Positions 46,581 through 55,951 of a DNA stretch of 64,000 nt are shown here, piece by piece. The stretch is from a virus: IMG/VR virus record IMGVR_UViG_3300045988_135485; one strand, given 5' to 3'. The first letter of the stretch is position 1. Every line of letters begins with the position of its first letter. Made by a program: the position numbers and the translations under genes. The notes below the pieces were generated by a model that saw only the letters and a list, made by a program, of their open reading frames with translations, did not search any database and was not told the origin of the DNA.

Positions 46581-47732
46581 ATGCCGGGTGCAGGTAGCGC
46601 AAAAACAGAGAGCTTTAACCTTGGTGCCGCAACTGTTATGATTGGTCCAAAGGCAGACGTTCTCGACTTTACTCCTGAAAAACATGGTATTGGTCTGGTT
46701 AAAAACTTTACGTTTTCGTCCAGTGACCAGTATCTTGATTTGACGCAGGGTATTAGAAATACTGTCGTTTATTCCGTAAAGAATGGTTCCGATATTACGG
46801 CTTCGATGGAAGTTTATGAATATACTTCGAGAAACCTCGCCTATGCTTTGGGTTTGGAAGGTTTTGAGCTTATTGAAGGAGCCGATTTGGCTTTGAAAGA
46901 AAACATCAATGGTGATATGGTTACGACTGAAATTAAAGTATCGGCCTCTTCTGATTCCAGTGCCAGTGATCTCTTGCCAGATGATTATGTAATTATCCAA
47001 GGCAATAAGTCTTCCAACGAAGACTTGGTATTTGTTGGTAAACTGGCTGAAGCAACGTTTGACCCGGGGACGGCTCCTCAGGTAGCTGTAAATGGTACGG
47101 TTCTTGACTTGATGAGGGCTCTGAAACAGGCTAACGATGGCGTAGCTGTATTGACCATTGAAAAGGGACACATGAAGGTTCTGGCTGGTGCTGAACAGAC
47201 TGTAACGTGTTCTGAAAAGTTCAAGACAGTCTTCGGTATTACTGAAGGTGAAAGAGGTCCGTTGACGGGTACGGTTGAAGTTTCGGCTAGAGACGTACTG
47301 GGTACTCTGGGCTTTGCGAATAATGACGAAGTTACGATTTCTATTGACTCCAATGAAATTGCCGAAGCTTTGATTAAGACCTCTCCGGCAGCTGATTCGT
47401 CTGCTTCCTATACGCTGACGTTTGACCGTCCGATTCCGGAAGGGTTCAACTTCTCGGCTGGGGACCGTGTTCACAAAGTAAACCTGATTCCGGTAGGCTC
47501 TGCTGAAGACCAGCCGACTTTGGCGGCGAAGATTGTCGGTATTCTTCCGGAAGGCAAGAAACCGGTTACTATCATTATTCCGAAGCTGCGTATTTCTAAC
47601 GGCTTCAGCCTGTCGTTCCAGACAGACCAGTATGGTAATATGCCGTATGAATTTACGCCGATGGAACAGGTTATGAGTGACCCGCTTTATGCGGAATACG
47701 GAGATAAAGGTTTTGCCTTTGTACTCAATTAA
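46581..47732 (+). CDS. major tail protein
   Basis: 383 aa preceded by an AT-rich conserved upstream motif. Terminator follows. Confidence 0.65.
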   Translation: MPGAGSAKTESFNLGAATVMIGPKADVLDFTPEKHGIGLVKNFTFSSSDQYLDLTQGIRNTVVYSVKNGSDITASMEVYEYTSRNLAYALGLEGFELIEGADLALKENINGDMVTTEIKVSASSDSSASDLLPDDYVIIQGNKSSNEDLVFVGKLAEATFDPGTAPQVAVNGTVLDLMRALKQANDGVAVLTIEKGHMKVLAGAEQTVTCSEKFKTVFGITEGERGPLTGTVEVSARDVLGTLGFANNDEVTISIDSNEIAEALIKTSPAADSSASYTLTFDRPIPEGFNFSAGDRVHKVNLIPVGSAEDQPTLAAKIVGILPEGKKPVTIIIPKLRISNGFSLSFQTDQYGNMPYEFTPMEQVMSDPLYAEYGDKGFAFVLN

Positions 47733-47739
47733 ACCTTTT

Positions 47740-47800
47740 GGCTTTTAGTCTCCGTTAAAGCCAGATAGGGTAACTTTATAGTTACCCTATTCTTTTTTTG
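47740..47800 (+). terminator. rho-independent terminator (two hairpins plus T7)
   Basis: Hairpins GGCTTT...AAAGCC and ATAGGGTAACT-ttat-AGTTACCCTAT, then TCTTTTTTT. Followed by TTGATT-16-TATTAT promoter-like boxes (47804-47831). Confidence 0.6.
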
Positions 47801-47853
47801 CTCTTGATTTTATTTTTAGATTAGATATTATAAATTCGTGAAAAACAACAAGC

Positions 47854-48303
47854 ATGGAGACTAAAATGGAAGAAGCCAAAGATAAGAAAAATTTATCTGA
47901 TTCAATCAATATTACCTATAGTGAAGACGGGGTAACTGAAAAAACCAAGACGATTAAAATGTCGATGGGTCTTTTACAAGCCATGTTTTCTAAGTTTGTA
48001 GATAAGGACCAGATATTTAATCTGGGAATGGATGCCTATCTTCAAAATGCCCTGATTAATGAAGTTATGGATGATAGAGACGAGAACGGAAATCGTAAGA
48101 ATGTAGAAAAGAACTGGGCTATGTTCTTGTCTTGTGAGGAGGGGGAAAAACTCAGCAACTGGATTTCGGAGCACATCGTTGATTTTTTTACTTTCAAACT
48201 GGAGCAGCAGATGAAGAATGTAGAAAAATTAATGCCTGCTCTAAAAGAGGCAGACAAAGTCAACAAGAAGGCGATGAAAGAGGAAAAATCGAATCCTGCC
48301 TAA
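47854..48303 (+). CDS. tail assembly chaperone (G-like)
   Basis: 149 aa just upstream of the tape measure gene. Confidence 0.6.
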   Translation: METKMEEAKDKKNLSDSINITYSEDGVTEKTKTIKMSMGLLQAMFSKFVDKDQIFNLGMDAYLQNALINEVMDDRDENGNRKNVEKNWAMFLSCEEGEKLSNWISEHIVDFFTFKLEQQMKNVEKLMPALKEADKVNKKAMKEEKSNPA

Positions 48304-48569
48304 AATGGATAGAAGGGTTAAACTTCGAGGAACTTACCTTTTGGGCTTTTAAGGATTCTTTGTATAATATAAAGTGGCGTTTTTCTCTTAGAGAAATTCG
48401 CAGCTATATACAAATAAGAGTGTCAGAAAAACAAACTGATGCGATTACCAACTTTGAAGCAATGGCTAAAGTATTAGCGATTGCTTTTGGGAGTAATAAA
48501 AAAGGCAAAGAAACTAAAATCCAGAACGAAAGTCAGCTGAGAATGGCTCTGGAAAAAATGAAAGGGTAA
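48280..48569 (+). CDS. tail assembly chaperone -1 frameshift extension (T-like)
   Basis: The -1 frame stays open from at least 48240 through 48569. An A5 tract in GAG GAA AAA TCG (48280-48291) is a possible slip site. Confidence 0.4.
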
Positions 48570-48577
48570 GGGAGAGA

Positions 48578-51500
48578 ATGGCGGACATCGAGAAAGCTGT
48601 TGTTGAGACTAAGCTTAAGGTAGATTCTAAGGAATTAAAAAAGTCCTTTGACGAGATAGAGACAAGCCTTAAAAATATAGAAGCCTTAAAGAAAAAGGCA
48701 GCTAAACAGAACCTGTTCTCAGAAGGTGATATAAAAAGGTCACAGTTAATTGGTAAAGAGATTAAGGAGGCCTTTAATAATTATAACGGCAATCTTTTAA
48801 ATAAAAGTATGTCGCAAGCCCTTAGTAATATTTCAGGACAAACTAAGGCTTTAAATAGACAGCTCAAAGCTATACAAGCTTTTTATACTGGTCTACCGGC
48901 TATGATTAATAAAGCTGAACTGACTGGTAAACGCACTAAGCTAATGTATAGTGGAGCGGATGCTGAAATTTTCCAGCAGGCTAAGACAGCCGCCGCACTG
49001 GAAAATATGCAAAAGACAATAAAGTCTTATCAATTATCTCAGCTCGGTATTAGTAACGAAGCTCAAAAATATGCTGAACGTTCTCAACAATTAAATCAGT
49101 ATCTGGGCGTAACCCAGTTAAGGTTAATGGCCAATTATGCGGCTATTAACGCAGTCACAAATGGTCTCAGGTCTGTTCTTAATTATACGGGTCAGTTTAA
49201 TGAAGAATTAAAGCAGTTGCAGGCCATATCGGCTGTTTCCGACACCGGCTTAAAAGGTTTAAAAGAAACTATTTATGAAGTAGCCAATGCGACCAAATTT
49301 AATTCCTTAGAAGTGGCTAAGTCCGCTACAGTATTAGCTCAAGCTGGTTTGAGTGTATCTCAAATTAAAGAGACCCTTCCGGCCATTGCTAAGCTTGCTA
49401 CAGCAACAGGTACAGACTTAGCTACCTCCACGGATGTTATTACTTCTACACTTAATATTTACAGTCTTCAAGTAACAGAGGCAACTCAGGTAACTAATGC
49501 CTTAACAACTGCAATGAATGAATCTAAAGCTGATATTGCCGGATTCCAGACTGCTATTCAGTATGCAGGTAACTTTGCGGCTCAACTGGGTATGTCCTAT
49601 GAAGAGACAGCCGCTGCGATTGCTGCCGCTACCCAAGCTGGTATTAGGTCTAAATCTATGCTTGGTACTGGCTTAAGAGCAGTATTGACAGAGTTTTTAA
49701 AACCTACAGATAAGTTAGTAACTCAACTAGGAAAAGTTGGACTAACTTTAAGTGACATTGATGTTAGAACTAAAGGCTTTACAAACGTATTAAAGACTTT
49801 AAAAGATGCTGGTTTTGGAGCTGCTGAGGCTTTTCGAGGAATGGAAAGAAGAGGTGCTGCTTTCTTAGTCGCCTTGATTAACCAAGTTGATTTTATCGGT
49901 CAATTAAGAGAGAGAATGGCTGGTAGCACAGCGGCTATGAAGGCTAATGAAACCCAGATGGAAGCTCTTACTAATCAATGGAAGAATTTTAAATCTATCT
50001 TAGGAAATATTGCCTACGAAGGATTAGAACCTATAATTGAACTCTTGAGTAAATTACTCAAAACTATAAATAGTTTTATGTCTTCAGGATTAGTAGGAAT
50101 TATAGGTTCAGTTTTATTTGGTACAATAACCGTTGCTGGAACAACCAGCTTTGTTTCTTTGATAATAAAGAGCCTAGGTACTATTTCTAGTTCTATAGTA
50201 AAGCTCGGAAAATCTTTGGAAGTTATGCAAAGATACAGTAGAATGCATGGAGTATCAACGGCAGTTACAGGCATCTCCGCTATTTTTACTAAACTTCCTC
50301 TGGGACAAGTAACAATGTTTGCAGCTGCTATATCTGCACTCATAACTACTCTTGGTATGGCTGCAAGTGCAATGGGTTTATTTACAAGTGAATCTGATAA
50401 AGCAAAAGCTAAGCTTGAAGAATCCTTAGGTGAATTGGATAAAGCTCAGCAAGGTTATAGTACACTGCAAAATATGCTTGACCGTTTTTATGCAAATAGA
50501 CAGAAGCTGGATAATCAGGCAGAAAGAAATATTTTCGTCCGTGAGATTATTACAAGGATTCCTGAGGCAAGCACTGTAATAAAAGATGCGACTATATCTG
50601 TAGACGAACTGGAGAAAGCCCTTCATAAACTGAACGATATAAGGCTAGATAAGTTAGTTAATGAAACTAAAAAAGTGGCTGAAGCTACAAAACAATCTTT
50701 GTTTGCTGATACTGCTGAGAATTTGTCTAACATAATTTCAAACGGTTGGTTCGGTTCTTCAAGTGAAGGGTTACATAATTTATTAGGCTATATAACGAAC
50801 TTGAAAAATTTGATGCCTGAATTAGAGACTAAAAATATTAGCACTGAATTAAGCAAGGCATGGGATAGAAGACTAGGCTTTGGTTCTACCGATACGAGTT
50901 CTAAAAGATTAACTTCTGTTCTTATTGAAGAAATAAGAAAGGCTGCCGAAAAGAGGTATCCAGAAGAATCTTCGAATCAAGCAAGTTATCTTAGAAATAC
51001 TGCTGAGCTTATTAAGGATAATGAAGAATTTAAACAGCTTTTAAATGATATAGCCGATAATATAGAAGCTGAAGCTAATCTTATTTCGGCAGCAACCGCT
51101 AGAGGTGTTAAAGCTGAATTTAGTGACGAAATCTCTCAGATAATGAGGGACACTCAAAGCTCAATCGCTGATGCTGCCAAGGCTCAAGAAGACGTAAATA
51201 ACTCTCTAAGGCTTGGAATTGACTTGAGTAAGGAACAAGTTGAGGCTGTAAAAAACAGCAGTTCTAGTCTAGAGGAAATGCAAAAAAGACTAGACAGTCT
51301 TAAAAATGTAAAGACCACAGCCGATTTAGCTTCTTTCTTCGGTATAAAAGAATCCGATTTAAAAATTAGACTTAGTAATATGCGGAAGGAAAACCCGGAG
51401 CTGAGAAATGTCTCTGATAAGGACCTTGTTACTAGAATAGTTGGACAGATGACTACAGAGTTCTCTGGAGCTATTAGTCGTTTAATTGAAGCTATGACAA

Positions 51501-53077
51501 GCTTAGAAGATACTATCGCTGCTAATTCTCAACTAGACAGAGCCTCTCGTAATGCCGCATCTGAAACTTCGAGAATAATATCTCAAAGGATTAATTCATT
51601 AGGTGGTATTCCTGCTGCTGAATTGGCTAAGGAAGAGAAAGCTATCAAAGACTTAATAGATGAATATAGAAGTTATGCCAGAGCCGCTGCCGGACTTGGT
51701 AATTTGGAAGAAGGAGTGGCTCTTACTCCGGAGCAAAAGAAAGCTGAATCTCGTATTAATATGCAAATTGACATATGGGAAAAGAAATTAACGTCTACGT
51801 CTAGTAACTTAATTGCTAAAATTGATACTACCAGTATGCGTATGGATTACTTCTTTAAAATGCTTAAGGCCAATATTGAAGAAGCTGACGCTGCCTATAA
51901 CAAAGCTATAGCCAATATGAATAAGCAGGTCAATATTCAACAGGGTATAGTTACCGGAGCCGAGAGATATTATGGCTCTGGAAGTGTAATATCTTCCGTA
52001 GAACAGCAACGTTTAACTGACCTTCAAGAAGCTAATCTAGCGAAGGAAACAGAGGTTTCAGAACGGCTTTATAAACGATATGAAGAAATCTTAGAGACCT
52101 TGAGAAATAACCCGATGTATTCAAATATAAAGGGGGATTATTTCAGTGCCTTAGAAAGGTATCAAAGAGCTCAGTCTTCTGGTAGTGCCGTAGAAATTGA
52201 AGCCGCCTATAGAAATCTGAATCGAGTATCTGATACATATAATAAGTTTGCTAAACAGGAAACAGACTTAGAAAAATCTATGTATGACTTGAAGGAGACT
52301 ATAGACGTAAATAACGCCACTTTGGATTATATTAAAAAACAAGGTGAGATGAGTGGTATGGGACAGATAACCTCGGGATTTAATTATGGTATTCAGTCCT
52401 ATAGAGATGAGGTAAAAAATCAGGGATTATTAACTTTAGGAGAAACTACTGCCAGTTATACTAAACAAAGTGTAGACGCATTAGACTCTAGTTTGTCTGA
52501 AATGTTCTCTAACATTTTGAGTGGTTCAGCAAAAGCCGGAGATGCCTTTAAAAGTTTCGGCCAAACAGTTATAGCTACTTTAAGGGACATTGCTGTTCAA
52601 ATGGCTGTTAAACAAGGCTTAAATCTTCTCTTTTCTGCATTCGGATTTGGAACCGGGGGGGGAGAAAGTCCTACGAATTTGTTAGCCCAAATCCCCGGGT
52701 TTGGTAAAGCCCAAGGCGGTCTAGTAGTTGGTCCTACTCCTAATCGAGATTCTGTTTTAACAAAGCTAATGCCGGGTGAATATGTTCTTAAAAAGTCGGC
52801 CGTTGACACCATTGGTAAAGATTATCTGGATAATTTGAATAATAATTCTAATGGAATTATTCAAGGTTCTAAAGAAGAAATGGATTCGTCTTTAGCTGCA
52901 ACATCGTCTGATTCAAATTCTCCAACACCAAACGGAATAGTAAACGTATATGTTGTCGCTCAAGACCAGCAACAAGGTATGTCTCCAAACGATGTTTTGG
53001 TTACAATTTCAAACGATATTCTTAAAGGTGGTCAGACAAAACGATTGATTAAACAGGTAGCAGTCGGAGGTATATAG
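48578..53077 (+). CDS. tail tape measure protein
   Basis: 1499 aa, alpha-helical and Ala-rich, with central TM segments. Confidence 0.85.
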   Translation: MADIEKAVVETKLKVDSKELKKSFDEIETSLKNIEALKKKAAKQNLFSEGDIKRSQLIGKEIKEAFNNYNGNLLNKSMSQALSNISGQTKALNRQLKAIQAFYTGLPAMINKAELTGKRTKLMYSGADAEIFQQAKTAAALENMQKTIKSYQLSQLGISNEAQKYAERSQQLNQYLGVTQLRLMANYAAINAVTNGLRSVLNYTGQFNEELKQLQAISAVSDTGLKGLKETIYEVANATKFNSLEVAKSATVLAQAGLSVSQIKETLPAIAKLATATGTDLATSTDVITSTLNIYSLQVTEATQVTNALTTAMNESKADIAGFQTAIQYAGNFAAQLGMSYEETAAAIAAATQAGIRSKSMLGTGLRAVLTEFLKPTDKLVTQLGKVGLTLSDIDVRTKGFTNVLKTLKDAGFGAAEAFRGMERRGAAFLVALINQVDFIGQLRERMAGSTAAMKANETQMEALTNQWKNFKSILGNIAYEGLEPIIELLSKLLKTINSFMSSGLVGIIGSVLFGTITVAGTTSFVSLIIKSLGTISSSIVKLGKSLEVMQRYSRMHGVSTAVTGISAIFTKLPLGQVTMFAAAISALITTLGMAASAMGLFTSESDKAKAKLEESLGELDKAQQGYSTLQNMLDRFYANRQKLDNQAERNIFVREIITRIPEASTVIKDATISVDELEKALHKLNDIRLDKLVNETKKVAEATKQSLFADTAENLSNIISNGWFGSSSEGLHNLLGYITNLKNLMPELETKNISTELSKAWDRRLGFGSTDTSSKRLTSVLIEEIRKAAEKRYPEESSNQASYLRNTAELIKDNEEFKQLLNDIADNIEAEANLISAATARGVKAEFSDEISQIMRDTQSSIADAAKAQEDVNNSLRLGIDLSKEQVEAVKNSSSSLEEMQKRLDSLKNVKTTADLASFFGIKESDLKIRLSNMRKENPELRNVSDKDLVTRIVGQMTTEFSGAISRLIEAMTSLEDTIAANSQLDRASRNAASETSRIISQRINSLGGIPAAELAKEEKAIKDLIDEYRSYARAAAGLGNLEEGVALTPEQKKAESRINMQIDIWEKKLTSTSSNLIAKIDTTSMRMDYFFKMLKANIEEADAAYNKAIANMNKQVNIQQGIVTGAERYYGSGSVISSVEQQRLTDLQEANLAKETEVSERLYKRYEEILETLRNNPMYSNIKGDYFSALERYQRAQSSGSAVEIEAAYRNLNRVSDTYNKFAKQETDLEKSMYDLKETIDVNNATLDYIKKQGEMSGMGQITSGFNYGIQSYRDEVKNQGLLTLGETTASYTKQSVDALDSSLSEMFSNILSGSAKAGDAFKSFGQTVIATLRDIAVQMAVKQGLNLLFSAFGFGTGGGESPTNLLAQIPGFGKAQGGLVVGPTPNRDSVLTKLMPGEYVLKKSAVDTIGKDYLDNLNNNSNGIIQGSKEEMDSSLAATSSDSNSPTPNGIVNVYVVAQDQQQGMSPNDVLVTISNDILKGGQTKRLIKQVAVGGI

Positions 53078-53478
53078 TGGAAAATTTTGATAATTTTATG
53101 ATGCATTTAGTAAAGGCTGAATATCAACCTAACGGTTTTTCGGTAAACTTTGGTGGCGGATATTCTTTTGATACAGATGGTGGTTATCCTCCTCTTAAAA
53201 AGTTTACATTGACTTTCAAAGGATATAGATACTACACTAAAATTGTAAATGGTGTCGAAGTTGTTGACCATGAAAAAAATAAGGATAAGAATAATATGGC
53301 TGCTTTGGAAGATTTTTATTTGCGCCATTTAACTTATAAAAATTTTGAATATAACAGCCCTATTTATGGAAAAGTTATAGTCAGATTTTCTGAACCTTTA
53401 AGTATTCCTGAGGGATATGAAAGTGGTCACGGAGTATTGAAGGATTTTAACGTTATATTGAAGGAAGTATTTGCATGA
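53077..53478 (+). CDS. minor tail protein (gpM-like)
   Basis: 133 aa ORF directly after the tape measure gene. Confidence 0.5.
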   Translation: MENFDNFMMHLVKAEYQPNGFSVNFGGGYSFDTDGGYPPLKKFTLTFKGYRYYTKIVNGVEVVDHEKNKDKNNMAALEDFYLRHLTYKNFEYNSPIYGKVIVRFSEPLSIPEGYESGHGVLKDFNVILKEVFA

Positions 53479-53963
53479 CTCTACTTATTCCTGAAGAACA
53501 TAAAGAAGAAAATCTTAAACTTTCAGCAGATGCATACGTTGACCTGTTCCACATCCAACTTCGTAATGGCTCTAACTTTTTTATTAAAGCTGGAGACCCT
53601 GTTTTTTGGAACGGGAATGACTGGGAGAGTCTACCTATTTCTCTTAGCGGTTACGATATAAAGTCCGATTCAGAGGTGTCTCGGCCAAAACTTCAAGTTG
53701 TTAATCCAGAAGGAGTTTTTTCAAAGATTATTCTTGACGGAGACTTAGATAAAGCTTTTTGTTATCGTTACCGGGTTCTTCGCCGAGATATTGACCAAAA
53801 CCGTCCGGTTTATCAAATGCTGATGTGGATTATTTGGACTGCAACTTCTATCAATAAGCACTATGTTGAGTTTGAACTGCGTAATCCTATGGACGGTAAT
53901 AATTTTTATATTCCGGCGAGGCAGTATCTCCCTCCGGAGTTTCCAGCTGTAACATTTAGGTAG
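53475..53963 (+). CDS. minor tail protein (gpL-like)
   Basis: 162 aa ORF. Confidence 0.5.
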   Translation: MTLLIPEEHKEENLKLSADAYVDLFHIQLRNGSNFFIKAGDPVFWNGNDWESLPISLSGYDIKSDSEVSRPKLQVVNPEGVFSKIILDGDLDKAFCYRYRVLRRDIDQNRPVYQMLMWIIWTATSINKHYVEFELRNPMDGNNFYIPARQYLPPEFPAVTFR

Positions 53964-53973
53964 GAGAATTTAA

Positions 53974-54501
53974 ATGCCTATTATAAAATATCCGACCGAA
54001 GAAGTTTTTAGACAGTATGTAGGAATAGATTTTAACCATGGAAGTACAGATTGCTACGGGCTTATTCGTAGAGTATATTCAGAAGTATTTGGAATTATAC
54101 TTACTGATTATGCCCGTCCTGATGATTGGTGGAACCATAGTGACGAATATAATCTCTACATGGACAATTATGAAAGCGAAGGATTTAGAATCGTAGATTC
54201 TGACCTTATTCGTAATTGGGAAGTTGGGGATATTATTTTAATGGCTATTCAATCTACTGTTCCCTGCCATGCCGGTATCTATATTGGGGAAGGTAAGATA
54301 TTACATCATTTTTACGGGCGTAAATCTTCTATTGAAAATTATTGTAGAATATGGAAGAATACCACTACAGGAGTAATTAGGCATAAAGATTTAAAGATTG
54401 ATAGGCCTATGGAAAAAATGGAGTTGTCAGAAGATGCTAGAATCAAGTCTTTTATGTTATTACAGCAAGAACGGTCCAGAACGCGGGGGGATAATAACTA
54501 A
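53974..54501 (+). CDS. NlpC/P60-family tail protein (gpK C-terminal-domain-like)
   Basis: 175 aa with Cys (TDCYGL) and His (ILHH) of the papain-like fold. Confidence 0.55.
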   Translation: MPIIKYPTEEVFRQYVGIDFNHGSTDCYGLIRRVYSEVFGIILTDYARPDDWWNHSDEYNLYMDNYESEGFRIVDSDLIRNWEVGDIILMAIQSTVPCHAGIYIGEGKILHHFYGRKSSIENYCRIWKNTTTGVIRHKDLKIDRPMEKMELSEDARIKSFMLLQQERSRTRGDNN

Positions 54502-54757
54502 CAGAGGTCCACAAGAATGTGAAAATGTTTGCGAAAATCCCTACGGGGGTTTTGAAATGAGCTTTGAGGACCAAGACAAGTTGGATTCACCCGATGTTGT
54601 TGGAACATTTCATACTCATCCGGGGGCTTCAGCCAACCTTAGCTTTGAGGACTATGAATCTTTTATGGGTTATCCTAAATTAACTCACTACATTATTGGC
54701 CAAGATGGTATTCGCTCCTACAAAGTTATAAATGGAGCATTAGTTAATGAAGGTTAA
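54434..54757 (+). CDS. JAB/MPN metalloprotease-domain tail protein (gpK N-terminal-domain-like)
   Basis: Exact JAMM motif HTHPGASANLSFED (HxHx7Sx2D). First ATG is MLESS (track ORF 54398.. uses TTG). Overlaps the NlpC ORF in the +1 frame. Confidence 0.55.
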   Translation: MLESSLLCYYSKNGPERGGIITNRGPQECENVCENPYGGFEMSFEDQDKLDSPDVVGTFHTHPGASANLSFEDYESFMGYPKLTHYIIGQDGIRSYKVINGALVNEG

Positions 54758-55322
54758 GATTTTTCTACATGGTCATTTACGAGATAAAATTGGAAAAGAT
54801 TATCTTGAAGAAGATGTAAAAACAGCCAGAGAGGCTTTAAGTAGACTGGACTTTTGTTTATCTAAACTAGGAAGACCTCCGCTTTCCTTAGGTAGGTGGA
54901 AAGTGGTTGTTAAACATTATGAAACTAAAGAGAAACTATTTGGAAGTCTTAGGCATAATATTATTCATGTTTATCCAAGGTTTTGCACAGCTAAGAATGT
55001 ATTTTCTGCTATTGGTAATACTATTGTTGCGGCTATGAAGACAATGGGAGGAATAGTTACAGGTCGTATTATATGGGATAATAAAGGTTTTATGAAAGAC
55101 CTTACTCGATTAATGGGGGGAGTAACTGAACTATTTGGGTTAAGCCCGGAAATGAATACGTCTGAAGAAATAGAGAATAATTCTAAGTATTTGGGAACTA
55201 TTGGCAATACAGTTGTTGCCGGAACCCGGATTCCATTTGGGTATGGCCTATATAAAGTTTCTGGACATTTTATTTCTTATAATGTATCATCTACAACCAT
55301 AAGGGTATTAAGCAAGGAGTAG
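54747..55322 (+). CDS. tail assembly protein I-like (N-terminal ubiquitin-like domain), paralog 1
   Basis: 191 aa. MKVKIFLHGHLRD N-terminus resembles MoaD/ThiS. C-terminus ...AGTRIPFGYGLYKVSGHFISYN shared with paralog 2. Confidence 0.6.
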   Translation: MKVKIFLHGHLRDKIGKDYLEEDVKTAREALSRLDFCLSKLGRPPLSLGRWKVVVKHYETKEKLFGSLRHNIIHVYPRFCTAKNVFSAIGNTIVAAMKTMGGIVTGRIIWDNKGFMKDLTRLMGGVTELFGLSPEMNTSEEIENNSKYLGTIGNTVVAGTRIPFGYGLYKVSGHFISYNVSSTTIRVLSKE

Positions 55323-55324
55323 CT

Positions 55325-55951
55325 ATGAAAGTAAAGGTTTATTTTCACGGGCATTTACGGGATAAAATAAAAAAAGAATTTATTACTTTAGAAGCTGAAA
55401 CTGCCTATGATGCTCTTAAAGCTATTGCCGTAAAGTATCAGAAAGACCTGAAAGCTCCGCTCGATATTGGAAGATGGAAGATAAGAATAAAAGGATATGA
55501 TTCTAAAGAATCTTGGTTTGTTCCTTTATATACTTCAGAACTACATATATATCCTTTATTTAAGGCTGCTAAATCTAACTGGGCTATGGTTGCCGTCGGT
55601 GCTGCCTTGATGGTTGTCGCCCCTTATCTGGCAGGTGCCACAGCTTTTGGACTAGGAACAGCTTTTATGGGGACTACTGTCGGAGGTGCTTTAGGTTCTT
55701 TTGCTTTAACAACAGGTATCGCTCTAGTTTTATCCGGCGTAATGAACCTATTGTTTCCTACTCCGACTTTAAACACTTCTGAAGAAGCTTCGACAAATTC
55801 GAAATATCTAAATGGTTCTAACGCAAATACGGTCGCTGCCGGAACCAGAATCCCATTCGGATATGGCCTATTTAAAGTAGCCGGTCATTTTATATCTTAT
55901 AATATTTCGTCAACAACAATAAAGGTTATAAACAGCAAGGAGTCCAGCTGA
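55325..55951 (+). CDS. tail assembly protein I-like, paralog 2
   Basis: 208 aa with the same N- and C-terminal motifs and a hydrophobic Gly/Ala-rich middle. Confidence 0.6.
   Translation: MKVKVYFHGHLRDKIKKEFITLEAETAYDALKAIAVKYQKDLKAPLDIGRWKIRIKGYDSKESWFVPLYTSELHIYPLFKAAKSNWAMVAVGAALMVVAPYLAGATAFGLGTAFMGTTVGGALGSFALTTGIALVLSGVMNLLFPTPTLNTSEEASTNSKYLNGSNANTVAAGTRIPFGYGLFKVAGHFISYNISSTTIKVINSKESS

Noticed and set aside
54398-54501. Canonical -1 slippery heptamer in the NlpC/JAB overlap (GGAAAAAATGG)
   Set aside because: The frame change needed is +1, not -1. The A6 run does not form an XXXYYYZ heptamer in the zero frame. I therefore treated these as overlapping separate genes, with frameshifting left open.
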